Part shown: in pieces, positions 40,970-53,135 of the stretch
How the letters are laid out: every line of letters starts with the position of its first letter
Numbering within the stretch: position 1 is the stretch's first letter
Assembly (NCBI RefSeq): GCF_947568905.1
Contig: NC_079170.1
Coordinates: 44,082,001-44,146,000 of the forward strand
DNA: 64,000 nucleotides
Direction: 5' to 3'
Source of the DNA: Ostrea edulis
Lineage: Eukaryota
Made by a program: the position numbers and the translations under genes
Notes under the pieces: model-generated
Seen by the model: only the letters and a program-made list of their open reading frames with translations
Database searches by the model: none
Told to the model about the DNA's origin: nothing

Positions 40970-41008
<39 letters not shown>

Positions 41009-43182
41009 TTAAGTCTGAAATATGGTCTGCAATTTTGAAACATTTTGCAACACGCTGTTTTGAAAAATTTCATACCCCACGAAAAGTCGGTTGCTATTTT
41101 CCTATGGTGTATAACAGGAGGAAAGGGGTATACCTCATCAATTAGAGTAATACTTACATATAGGTTGTTGTATTAAGGTTTTCAAACAAATGTAAACCTC
41201 ACATATTATACAAATCTAAATGTACTCCTGTTCTGCTTTCTATAGACATGTAGCCAATGGTCAAATGATTAAATGAACCTTACAACAAAAAGAGAAAAAG
41301 CATCCGTGTAATGTTTTTAGAATGTACATTTCTCATTTTCTATCTATATTATAAGGGGATTGATTGTTTCAAATACACCAATCATGTCAAGAAATTCACC
41401 AATGTATAAAAAGCACATCCATTAAAAGTGAAGATAACGAACAGTGATCAATCTCATATCCCCTACAAGCAATACAAAATAGAGAATAGAGAGTCGTGCA
41501 AACACTGATCCCTGGATACACAAGATGTGGTATCTAGAAGGAGTAGGCATGTTTCTCTTTGTTAAAGAGCATCTGACAACCTACAGACCTGTTTATTAGA
41601 AACCTCCCAAATTAATCCTCCTTACCGAAATCAGGATCTGCTTCCATCATTTGTTTCAATGTATTTCCTATACCACCTAACTCACTGTTTTCGTACAAAC
41701 TTGTCATCTACATAAGAGAGAAAATAAAATAGAGAAAGTACAAATAAATGCGATTATAATATTACAATATATTTACGATCATAATGATCAAAAGGTCACA
41801 GATGTCACGAAATGTATGGATGCTGTTTAATATATTTCCATCGCAATTTGATAAATAACAGCAACGTTTTATATCTTTTTGTTAATTTCATCATAACGGG
41901 AAATACAGTCATTTATTGCCCCTCTTCACATCAACAGACAATTTCGGAGACGCGGAATAATGCAAATTTGAAAGTAATATTAATATACAATATTATTTCT
42001 TTTTTCCCTGGTCCATTCAAAACATGTTGCACATGTAGCTCTCGAGTCGTCACCGGGTTTTTAAGTGCATGCACATGGAAGAGTAAAATGACAAATTCTA
42101 CAACTTAAAGGGACTGGTTCACAATTTTTGATAAAAATAGTTTTCCTTTTTTTTATGGTAAACATCAAAAACTAATTTAATGCTGACAGCCACAATTTTG
42201 ACCTTCTGAATGCAAGAGTAATAGCAATATTTTAGCCTTAAATCTGTGTTATGTAAACAAAGACCCAAAACTTTTTATGTATACAAACAAGTGAAATATA
42301 AAACATTTTAATTTTGATTAATCTCAAATTTGAACTTCTAAATGATACATTTTACCCAAAGAATGCTTAAAATGTGAAAGATATTAATACACTAAGATCG
42401 ATATCCATTTCTTTTAAACATTTCGTAAACAACAACATACCGCAATTTTTGTTTACAAAACAAATAATAAACTCTCTAAAATGAGCTTCTGTGATAATGT
42501 ATAACATTATTCCTTATGTAGACTCTTTTAAACACATTAGACAGTAGATTTTGATCATTAAAAGTGAAAAAGAAAATGTTAGGGAAAATTGTGAATCAGT
42601 CCCTTTAAATGCAATTTGATACCTGTATAATGGCTGCATCAAAGAATTTGCAGGCTTCGTCGCTAGAAGACGTCATCGGTAAATTGGAATCTATCCAACC
42701 CTGTAAGTACAGGAAATGACATCAGAGATAATTCAGGGCATTATGGTAGTTTATTATATCTTACCTTTCCAAATAATACATACCCATAATTCATTAAAGA
42801 GGTTGATAACAATATCAATTACAAATGAGTTGTTTAATACCATATTTAACTCGAAGCAGATAGGGAATTCCATAATTAGTACAATAGTAGATGTACTCTT
42901 AGGCTAAAAAGTCACACGTAATATCCGTTTCATTAAAAGGGGATTTTGATTAAACTTGGATATCAACTCACATGTAAAGCTTAATATTTATATTCAAAAA
43001 CACCCTGCGTTAATTCAATGCTACATTTAAATTTCACAACAGTTGGTATTGCCCTGACAACGCCCCATATTTTCGATTCAGTAAACAAACATTTTGAAAG
43101 CGCAGGCTATGAAATATTTTTGTGATAAATAAGTCATATAAACACACGTTCGTACCTTACAATCTCTCCAACGAGTCGTCAT
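33327..43182 (-). CDS. TTC38: Tetratricopeptide repeat protein 38, 13 coding exons, ~458 aa
   Basis: Exons (5' to 3'): 43182-43156, 42700-42623, 41707-41626, 40766-40604, 39464-39291, 38110-38035, 37755-37636, 37345-37289, 37184-37146, 36379-36307, 35907-35742, 33827-33671, 33491-33327; 1377 nt, all phases compatible. Motifs MTTRWRDCK, SSDEACKFFDA, ADPDF, DSPTDLMA, AIHTMAHI, LACHIAWH, DASSLLYRL, RDVGIPLC, IGGSIAQRDTFVQLLIH run colinear with TTC38 as I know it. Confidence 0.93.
34683..34732. repeat. 16-bp tandem repeat x3 (TTCACAATAGTCAACT)
   Basis: Read directly; lies in TTC38 intron 11. Confidence 0.85.
36500..36745 (-). mobile_element. SINE 3' part related to 44285-44581
   Basis: CGAGAAT(C/T)TTTCAC..ATATGGAGACGTCACC and GCGCTTACGGC.TTGAGCAG blocks shared; head absent. 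Confidence 0.65.
39700..40255 (+). mobile_element. Penelope-like element RT remnant plus 3' UTR (TTC38 intron 4)
   Basis: Frameshifted GTNC..LADLFLY, FRYI, DYFNFSII.FSYLCGNIPISPAYGVY, KLMVQGFQQSRLKSAF pieces (PMGTNCAPLLADLFLY-type RT), running into the same 3' sequence as the short dispersed repeat. Confidence 0.75.
42109..42604. mobile_element. Kolobok-type MITE (496 bp) in TTC38 intron 2
   Basis: TTAA|AGGGACTGGTTCACAATTTT ... AAAATTGTGAATCAGTCCCT|TTAA; the right end is under 20 nt from the exon-2 donor. Confidence 0.85.
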
Positions 43183-44284
43183 ATTTTCTCGCGTTTTCAG
43201 AAAATCTTTTATTTTTGTTGATATGAGCACGAATGGCCACACGTCCCAATTATTGAACAACGGAATTCCGCTCCAAGCGCTTACACAATCACAGTTTTCT
43301 GCTGAAATCAGCCAAGCGATAAAAAATCTGTTTACTATCACGTGCACGACTACGCAATCATGCACAAATAGATAACCGAATTAAAACAGGACAACTGCAG
43401 AGTATACTGTTCGCAACCTTCCAATTTTGGCATGGTTAAATAAATAAGGTAAGGTGTTATTGCTAAAATTTGATTGAAGTGACTCTCCTGAATAATCAGT
43501 TTGAATTTAAAGAAAATCGTTGTTTACAAACATCTGCGTAACCCAAAAGTATTCAAGCTAGGGAACTGTGTGAATATTTAAACGCGTGTTGTAGAAGTAG
43601 AGTACAAACAAAAATTACAGTTTATAATCCTAGGTTACATATGTACCTGTGGCTCAGTACTTCAGTACACTAATTATATGCAGCACCTTAGTGATATTTA
43701 CTTTTAAATAATTTTAATAGTCTGATTATGCATTTCTTGTTCTCATTTTGTGTCTTATGTGATTGTATGCCGAGATGTTTAGTGAAATCAAATAAATAAA
43801 TAAATAAAACATGATCCACATGACTTTTTAAAAAATTAGTTAAGATATTGTATGGCTTCTATTTGGAGTAAGTACACTGATTAACAAACACTTTCTTGGA
43901 TAAACAATTCTAATATAGGGCCGCCCTGGGTAACCGCGTTTTTAGGGATTGGAAAACAAATGATGTGAAGTAATCGGCTATATATAATTATTTACACACA
44001 TTATATACGTTTCCCTCTCACGCGGAACCACAGGCGAATGGCAGCCTGAATTCCGGTAAAAGTATACTGACTAGCTGTCAGTGTTTCAGAGTAACATGGA
44101 ATCCTTAAATGTAACATTTACTCCAAAAGATGAGCTATTTACAATATAATCCCTCATCAGTACGAGTGTACGATTGGGAAATTCCGCCACGGTTACAAGA
44201 TTCGCAGTCTTGGACTATTTAGAGAATATTGGAATTTGTCTATCCCATATGAATAATTAGATGATTGTATGATTGATCGTATTT

Positions 44285-44581
44285 TGCTCAACGTCCCTCT
44301 CGAGAATTTTTCACTAATATGGAGACGTCACCAAAACCGGTGAAGAGCTTCAATGGGCCTATGATCGGCGCTTACGGCCATTGAGCAGTGAAGGTCCTTT
44401 AGCGTGCCACCCCTACTGTGACACGGGGCATCCGTTTTTAAGGTCGTCTCCGATGACCCGTGACATTCACACCTTATGCCGAGCGTTTGGCGATGGAGCT
44501 GACACTACCTGTTTTAACGACTTAGGTATGTCGCGGCCGGGATTCAAACCCTGACCTTCCGCATGCGGGGCAAACGTTCTG
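44285..44581 (-). mobile_element. tRNA-derived SINE, second family
   Basis: B-box-like GGGTTTGAATCCCGGCCGCGAC on the minus strand; body shares ATGGAGACGTCACC...GCGCTTACGGC.ATT with 36520-36745. Confidence 0.75.
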
Positions 44582-47349
44582 GCATCTAGGCCGATACATG
44601 TAATCAATATTTTTCTAACATTTTATCCACAGTTTGGAGCTTTGAGAAAAAATCCCCGTTTGATCTTAAATGCAAAAACTAATTAGACAGTCAGAAAGCA
44701 GTGACCGATTTAGAAGCCCCCCCCCCCCTCCCCCCCCCCTTTTTTTTTCGTGAACAAATCAATAATTCCCTGTTATCTATTACTTATATAATTTATAAAG
44801 TATAGCTAGAATAACTATTAAAAGTAATCTTAAACCGCCTCAAAACGCCGCCACCCCACCTCCACCAAGACTTTGCCATGGACTGAATGGGGACCTTAAA
44901 GGCCGGCAATTGGGTATAAAAGCAGCCAATCGGTGAAAATGGTGGAATATATGAATTTTCTGGTCACATTCAGATTGCAGCACTTATTTTGCAAAAATAA
45001 AGATTAAGCTGTTGTACTGAAATTTTAAAATAGGTATGCTTGTTCCCCTCATAACTGTGCATATATTGGCCATATCTATTTTAGATATAAATTCTCATGA
45101 AGTTTTAATTTTGGCCTCAAAAATCTGAAGCAGGGCTAAATTTGTATTTCAAACTAGAGATTGGCAGTTTGTGGGTGTGATTATCTTTTGTTATTGTTTA
45201 CACCGGATGTTGACTCACATATTGCAGGAGCAGGCTTGTCTAGTTCTAGATAAGAGGGATTGCACCAAAGGCAACATGTAATCAAATCACTGTATAACGT
45301 GGAAAAAAAGTACTTACTCATATATCATTGGTAAATCCAAATTTTATTTTTTAATTATATATAATCACATTCCATTAAAAAAATTGGTTAACTTTATGAA
45401 AATAACTCATTAGGACTGTTCAGTCTGATCACTGTTTCAGAGTTTTGCAGGATTGCTGGTACCTTTTCTCGAATAATGTCAAGCATGATGTTTGTCTGAT
45501 TAAGCAACGATCTCCTAGGCCAGTTGTGTAACTCCCATTAATTGTCTCTCACCAATGATGACAAATGTCCAATTGATCAACCATCACTCTAAAATTACTC
45601 TCAATCTGGACTCTTACATGTGAACATTACAATGCCAAAAGAGACAATCACAGATAGTAGGTCTCCAAATATCATAATGGACAAAATGTTTCTTAATAAC
45701 CCTTCAATGCACATGTCCTCCATTGCACAGCTACAATTTCCCCCCAAATTCTTCTCATAATTGAAAGGTACCAAGAGGAAAATTATAAGTATTAGTATAT
45801 CATATATACCAATATTTGTGTATATTATAAAAGAAAACTACATGTTTTAAAAGATATGGATAAAACAATGATGAATTCATTTTGTAGTTCCTAGGGTGAA
45901 GTTTTGTTAAAGTAAAAACATAGCCTTTCAGTGCCTCACAGATCGAGCAGAGTGGTAGGAAAATGCGGGAAAACTTTAGTTTATTTTGATAAATCATACC
46001 AGTCTCCCTGTTCAAAATATCGTCTGCTACAGAGCACGTGTAGAGTCAAGCATCAGATTGCTGCTTATTCTGATAACAATGCTAAGCCCTGCCCTCTTGC
46101 CATATATGCTTAATTGCTGTAGGGGTGTAAAATTTTCTAGGTTACTCCCGGCCTTTAAGTCGGTCCCCAGAACCCTGACCTATTATGCCCCCTTGTAAAA
46201 AATTCTGAATCCGTCAATAAAAAGAGCATACCCGACAATGGTTCAAATTTTAAAATGAAGAAACCGATACGAAAACACACTTCACTATATGCAACATAAC
46301 TCGTAGAAAATGTCGCCATTACATGTGAGGAAAACTTATTTAATAACCCGAATTTGCTCGACTCACAAACGCGAGCATAGCAACGTTAGACGATTCCTAC
46401 ATGTAACTGTTCTTTAGTCTCAAAGAGATACAAGTTATAACAACAGATGCGCACAGTGATATAGGCATCGTAGTATCAAATATACCCCATGATGAACTGC
46501 AGCCCTACACTCAAGGGAGGTTTTTACCTTTCATAAAATTCTAATGAGGATAATAATCATACATTTGGACAATTGCAGTTTTCTAAGACTTTAACAAGAT
46601 AAATTGGGAATTTATGCAATGCTATACATTAAAGAAATTACATATCCCTCGTATCTCTCTAATCGTGACTAAATGTTTTTAAAACATGATAATAGACGCA
46701 TTTCTGCATGATTTTAATGATATATAGAGTTTTGAAATTTTCACTGTAATATCAATATTTTCTGATTTACCAAGCAAGTTTATTCCATGAAATATCCCCG
46801 ATAGAAATTATAAAAATGTCGGATTTTTATATATAGATCTTTTGCAGTATTGAAGTCGTTATGGAAAATCTCGTCTGTCCTGTAAAATGAATTAGGTAGC
46901 TGTTCGAATCCTATACAGGAAAAATAAATGACTGGTAAAGCATTATATGTAGAAATGAAAATAACGAAATACTTAAATGACCACCTCACATTTTTTTAAA
47001 TGGCTGAGGGATATGTGCAATAGAATTATTTGCTTAATGCGCAGTCGACACGTCGATTACGGTAAATTGAATCGCATTGCATTGTCACAACAAGATCTTA
47101 AAATAAACAACAATAAACCACACAAAAAACAAGAATTCTTTACTCTTAAAATCCAGCTGTAATGTCATTCTATTGTAATAGCGGTCCACTGTATTTCAGG
47201 AATGGAGAGTTTTGACAGACAAGTACTTAGTGATGTTCTGTTGAGTTAAATTAGATTTTTTTAATGGACACGCCCCCCTTAACCCTCCTGACCTCTGTGA
47301 CTGTTTTAACAACATGTACAGAATAATATATTTTCATATCAAAACCTTA

Positions 47350-47420
47350 ATGCACAGATGAGAGTCGAAACCAATACCTTTCACATGAAAGGCAGAAACT
47401 CTATCCGCTAAGGCGCAGAG
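47350..47420 (-). mobile_element. Isolated tRNA-like SINE head
   Basis: Reverse complement has A-box-like TAGCGGATAGAG and B-box-like GGTTTCGACTC; no clean cloverleaf. Confidence 0.4.
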
Positions 47421-47597
47421 GACGATGACAACTTTGGAAAAATCAAACAATACGTGTTTTATATGATAAAACTCTATACTAGTAAATATATAATTCTGAT
47501 ATTTGATAGTATTTTCATAATTCATTGAAAGAATTTCCTAATCATATGAGTTACAATTATAGTTAGATTTCAACTGGGGATGGGTTTTAAGACGGTC

Positions 47598-47674
47598 AAT
47601 GTCCTCGTTCCTCTCCATTCCTTTTAGAGTCCCGGCTCCATTTCTTTAAAGGAATGGGGAGGTACTCGGACATT
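47598..47674. repeat. Short palindromic element
   Basis: AATGTCC..GT.CCTCTCCATTCCTTT mirrored by AAAGGAATGGGGAGGTAC.CGGACATT. Confidence 0.6.
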
Positions 47675-48908
47675 AACCTATACAGAACATACAATGTAAT
47701 AAACAAACAAAGAAATACGCAACGCGCCAGGTATTTAATGGATATTGATACTGTAATACATTTCAGAATTTAAAAAAATTATATATCTGTTTTTTAAAAT
47801 ATCGTATTGAACATGAACTTTTTGCATGTTTCATTAAAAGTTTTGTATTTCCGTAAACAAACGATAAGGAGAATGGGGCACGGGTACAGACATAATTTTT
47901 AGTATTCAATAATGGTTTTTACATGTAGTAGTATGTGAACGTGGTTGGAATTTTGGATTGGGATTTCAAATCGCACATGCATAGTAAAAACGAAGTTGTT
48001 TTAAGTAACTACTTAAGCTGTTTATTGAAATCATTGAATTACATTTACATTTGTTTTCAATAACTTTAACGAAGAACAAACCGGCTAGAGTTCTTGTTAA
48101 GATTGGACACCTACATCATTCAGGTTGTCAAACTGTAATTTATTCTTATTTCAACAATGGTACATGGCTATAAAATCTGTAGCAGCCTAGTGTTATTCTA
48201 GTTTTTAGTGTTATTATTATTTGTACCAACATACCTTGGAACAGATTTTTGTTCTCAGTCATGTTAAATACAACAATGATTTGGAATGTAGATCTATTAT
48301 TAGCATCATACAATTGTACATTCCGATCGATGGACAACATTCCAACTGTATATCCTCACTCCTCACACTCAGAAACTATTTTCTGGTCATGTAGAAAAGA
48401 ACATTAACGACGGGTATAACTGTGGCTTTGTTAAAAAAAAAAAAATATATATATATACATAGATCCGCCACAGGTTTCTCTCTTTTACTCGCTTTATTCC
48501 TATCGGGTTCGACATTCGACTGTGTTTACATTCTCAAAACCGAAACAAGTAGGTGAAATATAAACATTAATAGCCTTTAATTCATATTGATTATTCGACC
48601 AGTGCTTTATCGATAATTGTTCTACATTTTCTTTTGAAAAGTAATTGGAAAAAATGGGGTAAAATGGACACCTCTGTTAACTGCGCATGTACATGATCTC
48701 CTTTATTTATGATTTTCACTCGTTAATTGTTCTCCGTGTTTACATATGAAAAAGTTAGTAACCATACATTTCTTTAACATGTTGTATCAGGATTTCTGTT
48801 GTTAGGTGTTCTTGTTTCAAACAATAGATATATTATTAGGCATGCCGCATATCTATTACATTATATGATTGTCATTGCAGAACATTCATCAACTGACTTT
48901 CACACATT

Positions 48909-51692
48909 ATGGCAACATCCAAATTTGTATCTATATCATACATGCACCAGTTGTCTACAAAGGATTACTTAGCAGATAGTGATATTGAGCAATCTTCTCC
49001 AGAATTCCATTCAGTACTGCATCACGCTGTATTAAAAGGCGATGTTGATGCGTGTATTACGGAGGCAAAGAACTGTGAAAATATTAATGCTGGGGACTTA
49101 AGAGGTGATTCAGCCCTTCATTTAGCTGTGCGTTGGGTAGATCAAATAGGTGAAAAGTTGATCAGCACTTTGGTTTCCTCAGGTGCTGACATAAACAGAA
49201 AGAACAAATGGGGTCAAACCCCTCTTCATCACGCTGTTTACTCTGGGTCCTCTCGCAATGTTCGATGTCTTCTAAGTCGGACAGGTATTGATGTAAATTT
49301 AGCAGATGTGAATGGGTATACTCCCCTTCACTGTTGTTTTAGATTTAAGTTAGACATGGAAAATATTGAAGACAGCGAGCGGTATTCTCTGGAAGAAGGT
49401 GACGAATGTCTTGATATTGTCAAAATGTTGATACATGGAGGTGCAAATATTAACAAAGTAACAAAATATGGAAGCAGTATTCTCCATTTCATTGCAAGAC
49501 GGGATGATAATACACCACTTTTAAGATTCATCTTGGAAATGCACTTGGGGTTCAATTTGTTTTTGAAAAACACAATAGGTGAAAATTTTCTACATGTGTA
49601 TGTTGTGAGTGAAGTATTCGAAAACGTCATCGAAATCGTTGAATTTATTGCAGCGAATTACTGCAGGGACACTGTGAAGAGATTGCTTAACGACGAAGAT
49701 ATATTTGGAAGAGCGCCTTGGTCGTACATGATAGATACAGCAAATATTGATAGGGATACTGTGCTAAGATTTTCAGAATTTGGAATTGATTTGATGTCAG
49801 CAGACAGGATGAGAAACACACCATTACACAGATTAGCAGGGGTGTCATGTGTTTCTGTTTTAACTGATGTGTTGGAAATACTAACGTATGGGAATACTAA
49901 AGTTAATTCGAGGAATGTTTACGGGGAGTCAGCTGCCTTTGTCTTCTTCCTCGAAGACGTTTATCAAACGTTTGTAGATACCAATATAAACTTCAGTGCC
50001 AGAGACAGGTGGGGGAGGACTCCCCTGATGTCTTTAATCAAACACAGACCCAAACCGGAACTGCTCAGTAGACTTATCATTGAAGGGAAGGCCGATGTTA
50101 ATGCTGCAGATGAACATGGATCCACACCACTTCATTTGGCTTGTTATCACAATTTCGAAGAACAAGTGAAGCTACTTTTACATCACGGAGCCAATGTTTC
50201 AGCTGTAGACAGTTTGAATGACACACCTATTGATACTGTAAAACGACACACTAGTTATCGATGTCACAAACTCTTGTTACACAAGGTGAATCAGGAACTT
50301 CTTTATTCACGCAACAAACCTTTCGAGGACATTCTTCTCGACATGCCAAAATACATATGTAGTTCAGTTATCAAATCGAAAGAAAGTATAGCAAATGCAA
50401 TGGGTCTTCCAGAAGACCGCTCTGAACTATTTGAATTTTTAATGAACACTTATCATAAAAGAACACCAGAAAGTGCTATGGAAGTTTCTCAAGTTTCTCA
50501 AGAAGTTGTACAACTTGTAAACTCTTTATGTAAATCCGTGGCATCATATGATAGACGATTTAACATGTCTGTTTTTCGAACTGGATCTTCCGAGGAAGGA
50601 ACGAAGGTCGGTCCTCCGGATGAATTTGATTTTGCCCTATGTATTAATGATTTGAGGGATATCACGCATGTAGTTATGACAGAAGAATGCGTCGAAAGGG
50701 GGTTTGCATGCCTCAAATTTTCACAAAACCCTATTCCCGAGGATTATTTACCATTTGCAGATTCTGAAGAATATTTTCTTGCGTTTCCTTTTCTCAAATT
50801 GTATTATACATATTTGAAGAGAGCTTTGAACGAAACAGCCACATGGACTGCTGGAAATATTTATTTCAATTACGAAGATAAAATGGATGTCATAAATGGA
50901 AAGCCAGTTTTCAATTTTGCAGTTTATTGGATAGGAGCAGTATACAAGCAACTCAAAATTAGCATTGATTTGGTTCCTGTCGTGTACACACCTGGATGGT
51001 GGCCCAAAAATGTTAAATTTCCCACAGTCCCAGAAATGCACGAAGAGGTTCAGAATGCGGGTTGCTTTCTTGTTCTACAGACAAAGGTGAATGATTTCAA
51101 TACAAATAATCTCATTGTATGGGATGACATTTACGAGACATGCAACAATAGAAACAACGAGAACAAGAGAAGAATGCTTCGCGTGTCAGCCGCTCCTGCT
51201 GAGATAGCACTAATGAAAAATATACCAAACACATTCAAATCCGCCTATATTCTGGCTAAAATTGTGAAAAGTCAAGAAGTGTGTCCAAAAATTGAAATCA
51301 ACGAAATTTCTTCGACAGCTCTTATGCATCGTAGAGCATTTGATATGAGAAAACCCCTCCCAATCAACCCATCTCATGTGATTAAAAGCTACATGCTTAA
51401 AAACTGCACGTTTTACCTCTGGCTAGAAATGTATCCAGCTTCCGAAGAAAAAGAACTGACTAGCATAGACCTTACTGGTCGTCTCTACCAATACCTTTTG
51501 GAATTCACGAACGACCGCTATCTAAATCCCTTCTTTCTTCCTTACTCTGACGTTTTCGAATTTGAAAAAGATGAAACGACGTCATCATACCAGAAACTTT
51601 TGCTCCACATGAAAAGGGAATTCAGTATAAAGACAATTCTAGGTATCCTAAAGCAAGATTTCGAAGAGAAATACTTATTTTCACCAATGTAA
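48909..51692 (+). CDS. Ankyrin-repeat cGAS-like receptor (ANK-cGLR / Mab-21 nucleotidyltransferase), paralogue 1, 927 aa
   Basis: N-terminal half has ~12 ankyrin repeats (GDSALHLAV, GQTPLHHAV, GYTPLH, GSTPLHLAC). C-terminal NTase: FRTGSSEEGTKVGPPDEFDF (GS at 50583, DEFD at 50619), third acidic residue in ISIDLVP (50967), Mab-21 C-lobe KSYMLK and NPFFLP. Coding region intronless; acceptor TTGCAG at 48880 just before the ATG. Confidence 0.92.
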   Translation: MATSKFVSISYMHQLSTKDYLADSDIEQSSPEFHSVLHHAVLKGDVDACITEAKNCENINAGDLRGDSALHLAVRWVDQIGEKLISTLVSSGADINRKNKWGQTPLHHAVYSGSSRNVRCLLSRTGIDVNLADVNGYTPLHCCFRFKLDMENIEDSERYSLEEGDECLDIVKMLIHGGANINKVTKYGSSILHFIARRDDNTPLLRFILEMHLGFNLFLKNTIGENFLHVYVVSEVFENVIEIVEFIAANYCRDTVKRLLNDEDIFGRAPWSYMIDTANIDRDTVLRFSEFGIDLMSADRMRNTPLHRLAGVSCVSVLTDVLEILTYGNTKVNSRNVYGESAAFVFFLEDVYQTFVDTNINFSARDRWGRTPLMSLIKHRPKPELLSRLIIEGKADVNAADEHGSTPLHLACYHNFEEQVKLLLHHGANVSAVDSLNDTPIDTVKRHTSYRCHKLLLHKVNQELLYSRNKPFEDILLDMPKYICSSVIKSKESIANAMGLPEDRSELFEFLMNTYHKRTPESAMEVSQVSQEVVQLVNSLCKSVASYDRRFNMSVFRTGSSEEGTKVGPPDEFDFALCINDLRDITHVVMTEECVERGFACLKFSQNPIPEDYLPFADSEEYFLAFPFLKLYYTYLKRALNETATWTAGNIYFNYEDKMDVINGKPVFNFAVYWIGAVYKQLKISIDLVPVVYTPGWWPKNVKFPTVPEMHEEVQNAGCFLVLQTKVNDFNTNNLIVWDDIYETCNNRNNENKRRMLRVSAAPAEIALMKNIPNTFKSAYILAKIVKSQEVCPKIEINEISSTALMHRRAFDMRKPLPINPSHVIKSYMLKNCTFYLWLEMYPASEEKELTSIDLTGRLYQYLLEFTNDRYLNPFFLPYSDVFEFEKDETTSSYQKLLLHMKREFSIKTILGILKQDFEEKYLFSPM

Positions 51693-52091
51693 TTTGACAA
51701 ATAATTAAATGCCAGAGAAATAATTGACCCATATGTATTCTATGGCCAATCAATACATATATATATAATGTAATATAATTATTATATGTTTATTTTTAGT
51801 TATTTTAAATGTAAATGCTCTATCAAGGTGTTTCTTTTACCTGTGTTGCTTTGAATGTTTGATTAGTTCAGTCTGAAACTGTAGGTGAATTATTTGTAAC
51901 AGATATACCCTGCGAATCTTTGATACATGTTAATCATCGTCAATATCAAAAGGTGAAGATATAATTCTTAAAATTATACAGATGTTTTTAAATATTTTAT
52001 ATAAAGAAAAGGCACAGTAATGTATCTCTCATATTAAACATACCACATATCTTTAGTTAGTCATATAGGTAAGGAAAAAACCCAGAACAGT

Positions 52092-53135
52092 ACCTGTAGT
52101 ATATTAATCAACGCGTTTTGTGTATGTTTGTTTACCTGTAGTATATATGTAATGTATAAATGCCTTAATCAACACGTTTTGTGTATGGTTGTTCACCTGT
52201 AGTATATATGTAATGTATAAATGCCTCAATCAACGCGTTTTGTGTATGGTTGTTTACCTGTAGTATATATGTAATGTATAAATGCCTTAATCAACGCGTT
52301 TTGTGTATGGTTGTTTACCTGTAGTATATATGTAATGTATAAATGCCTCAATCAACGCGTTTTGTGTATGGTTGTTTACCTGTAGTATATATGTAATGTA
52401 TAAATGCCTCAATCAACGCGTTTTGTGTATGGTTGTTTACCTGTAGTATATATGTAATGTATAAATGCCTCAATCAACGCGTTTTGTGTATGGTTGTTTA
52501 CCTGTAGTATATATGTAATGTATAAATGCCTCAATCAACGCGTTTTGTGTATGGTTGTTTACCTGTAGTATATATGTAATGTATAAATGCCTTAATCAAC
52601 GCGTTTTGTGTATGGTTGTTTACCTGTAGTATATATGTAATGTATAAATGCCTCAATCAACGCGTTTTGTGTATGGTTGTTTACCTGTAGTATATATGTA
52701 ATGTATAAATGCCTTAATCAACGCGTTTTGTGTATGGTTGTTTACCTGTAGTATATATGTAATGTATAAATGCCTCAATCAACACGTTTTGTGTATGGTT
52801 GTTTACCTGTAGTATATATGTAATGTATAAATGCCTTAATCAACGCGTTTTGTGTATGGTTGTTTACCTGTAGTATATATGTAATGTATAAATGCCTTAA
52901 TCAACATGTTTTGTGTATGGTTGTTTACCTGTAGTATATATGTAATATATAAATGCCTTAATCAACATGTTTTGTGTATGTTTGTTTACCTGTAGTATAT
53001 ATGTAATGTGTAAATATCTTAATCAACATGATTTGTGTATGGTTGTTTACCTGTAGTATATATGTAATGTATAAATGCCTCAATCAACACGTTTTGTGTT
53101 TGTTTACCTGCAGTATATATGTAATGTATGAATAT
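52092..53135. repeat. 61-bp tandem minisatellite, ~17 units
   Basis: Unit TACCTGTAGTATATATGTAATGTATAAATGCCT(C/T)AATCAACGCGTTTTGTGTATGGTTGTT; pattern shifts 1 nt per 60-nt line, giving period 61. Confidence 0.95.

Noticed and set aside
45420-45780. Coding-looking stretch between TTC38 and cGLR1
   Set aside because: Frames are interrupted by stops and I recognise no motif; it may be a decayed element. A translated search would be needed.
52092-53135. CRISPR-like array
   Set aside because: Units are head-to-tail with no unique spacers, there are no cas genes, and the context is eukaryotic.
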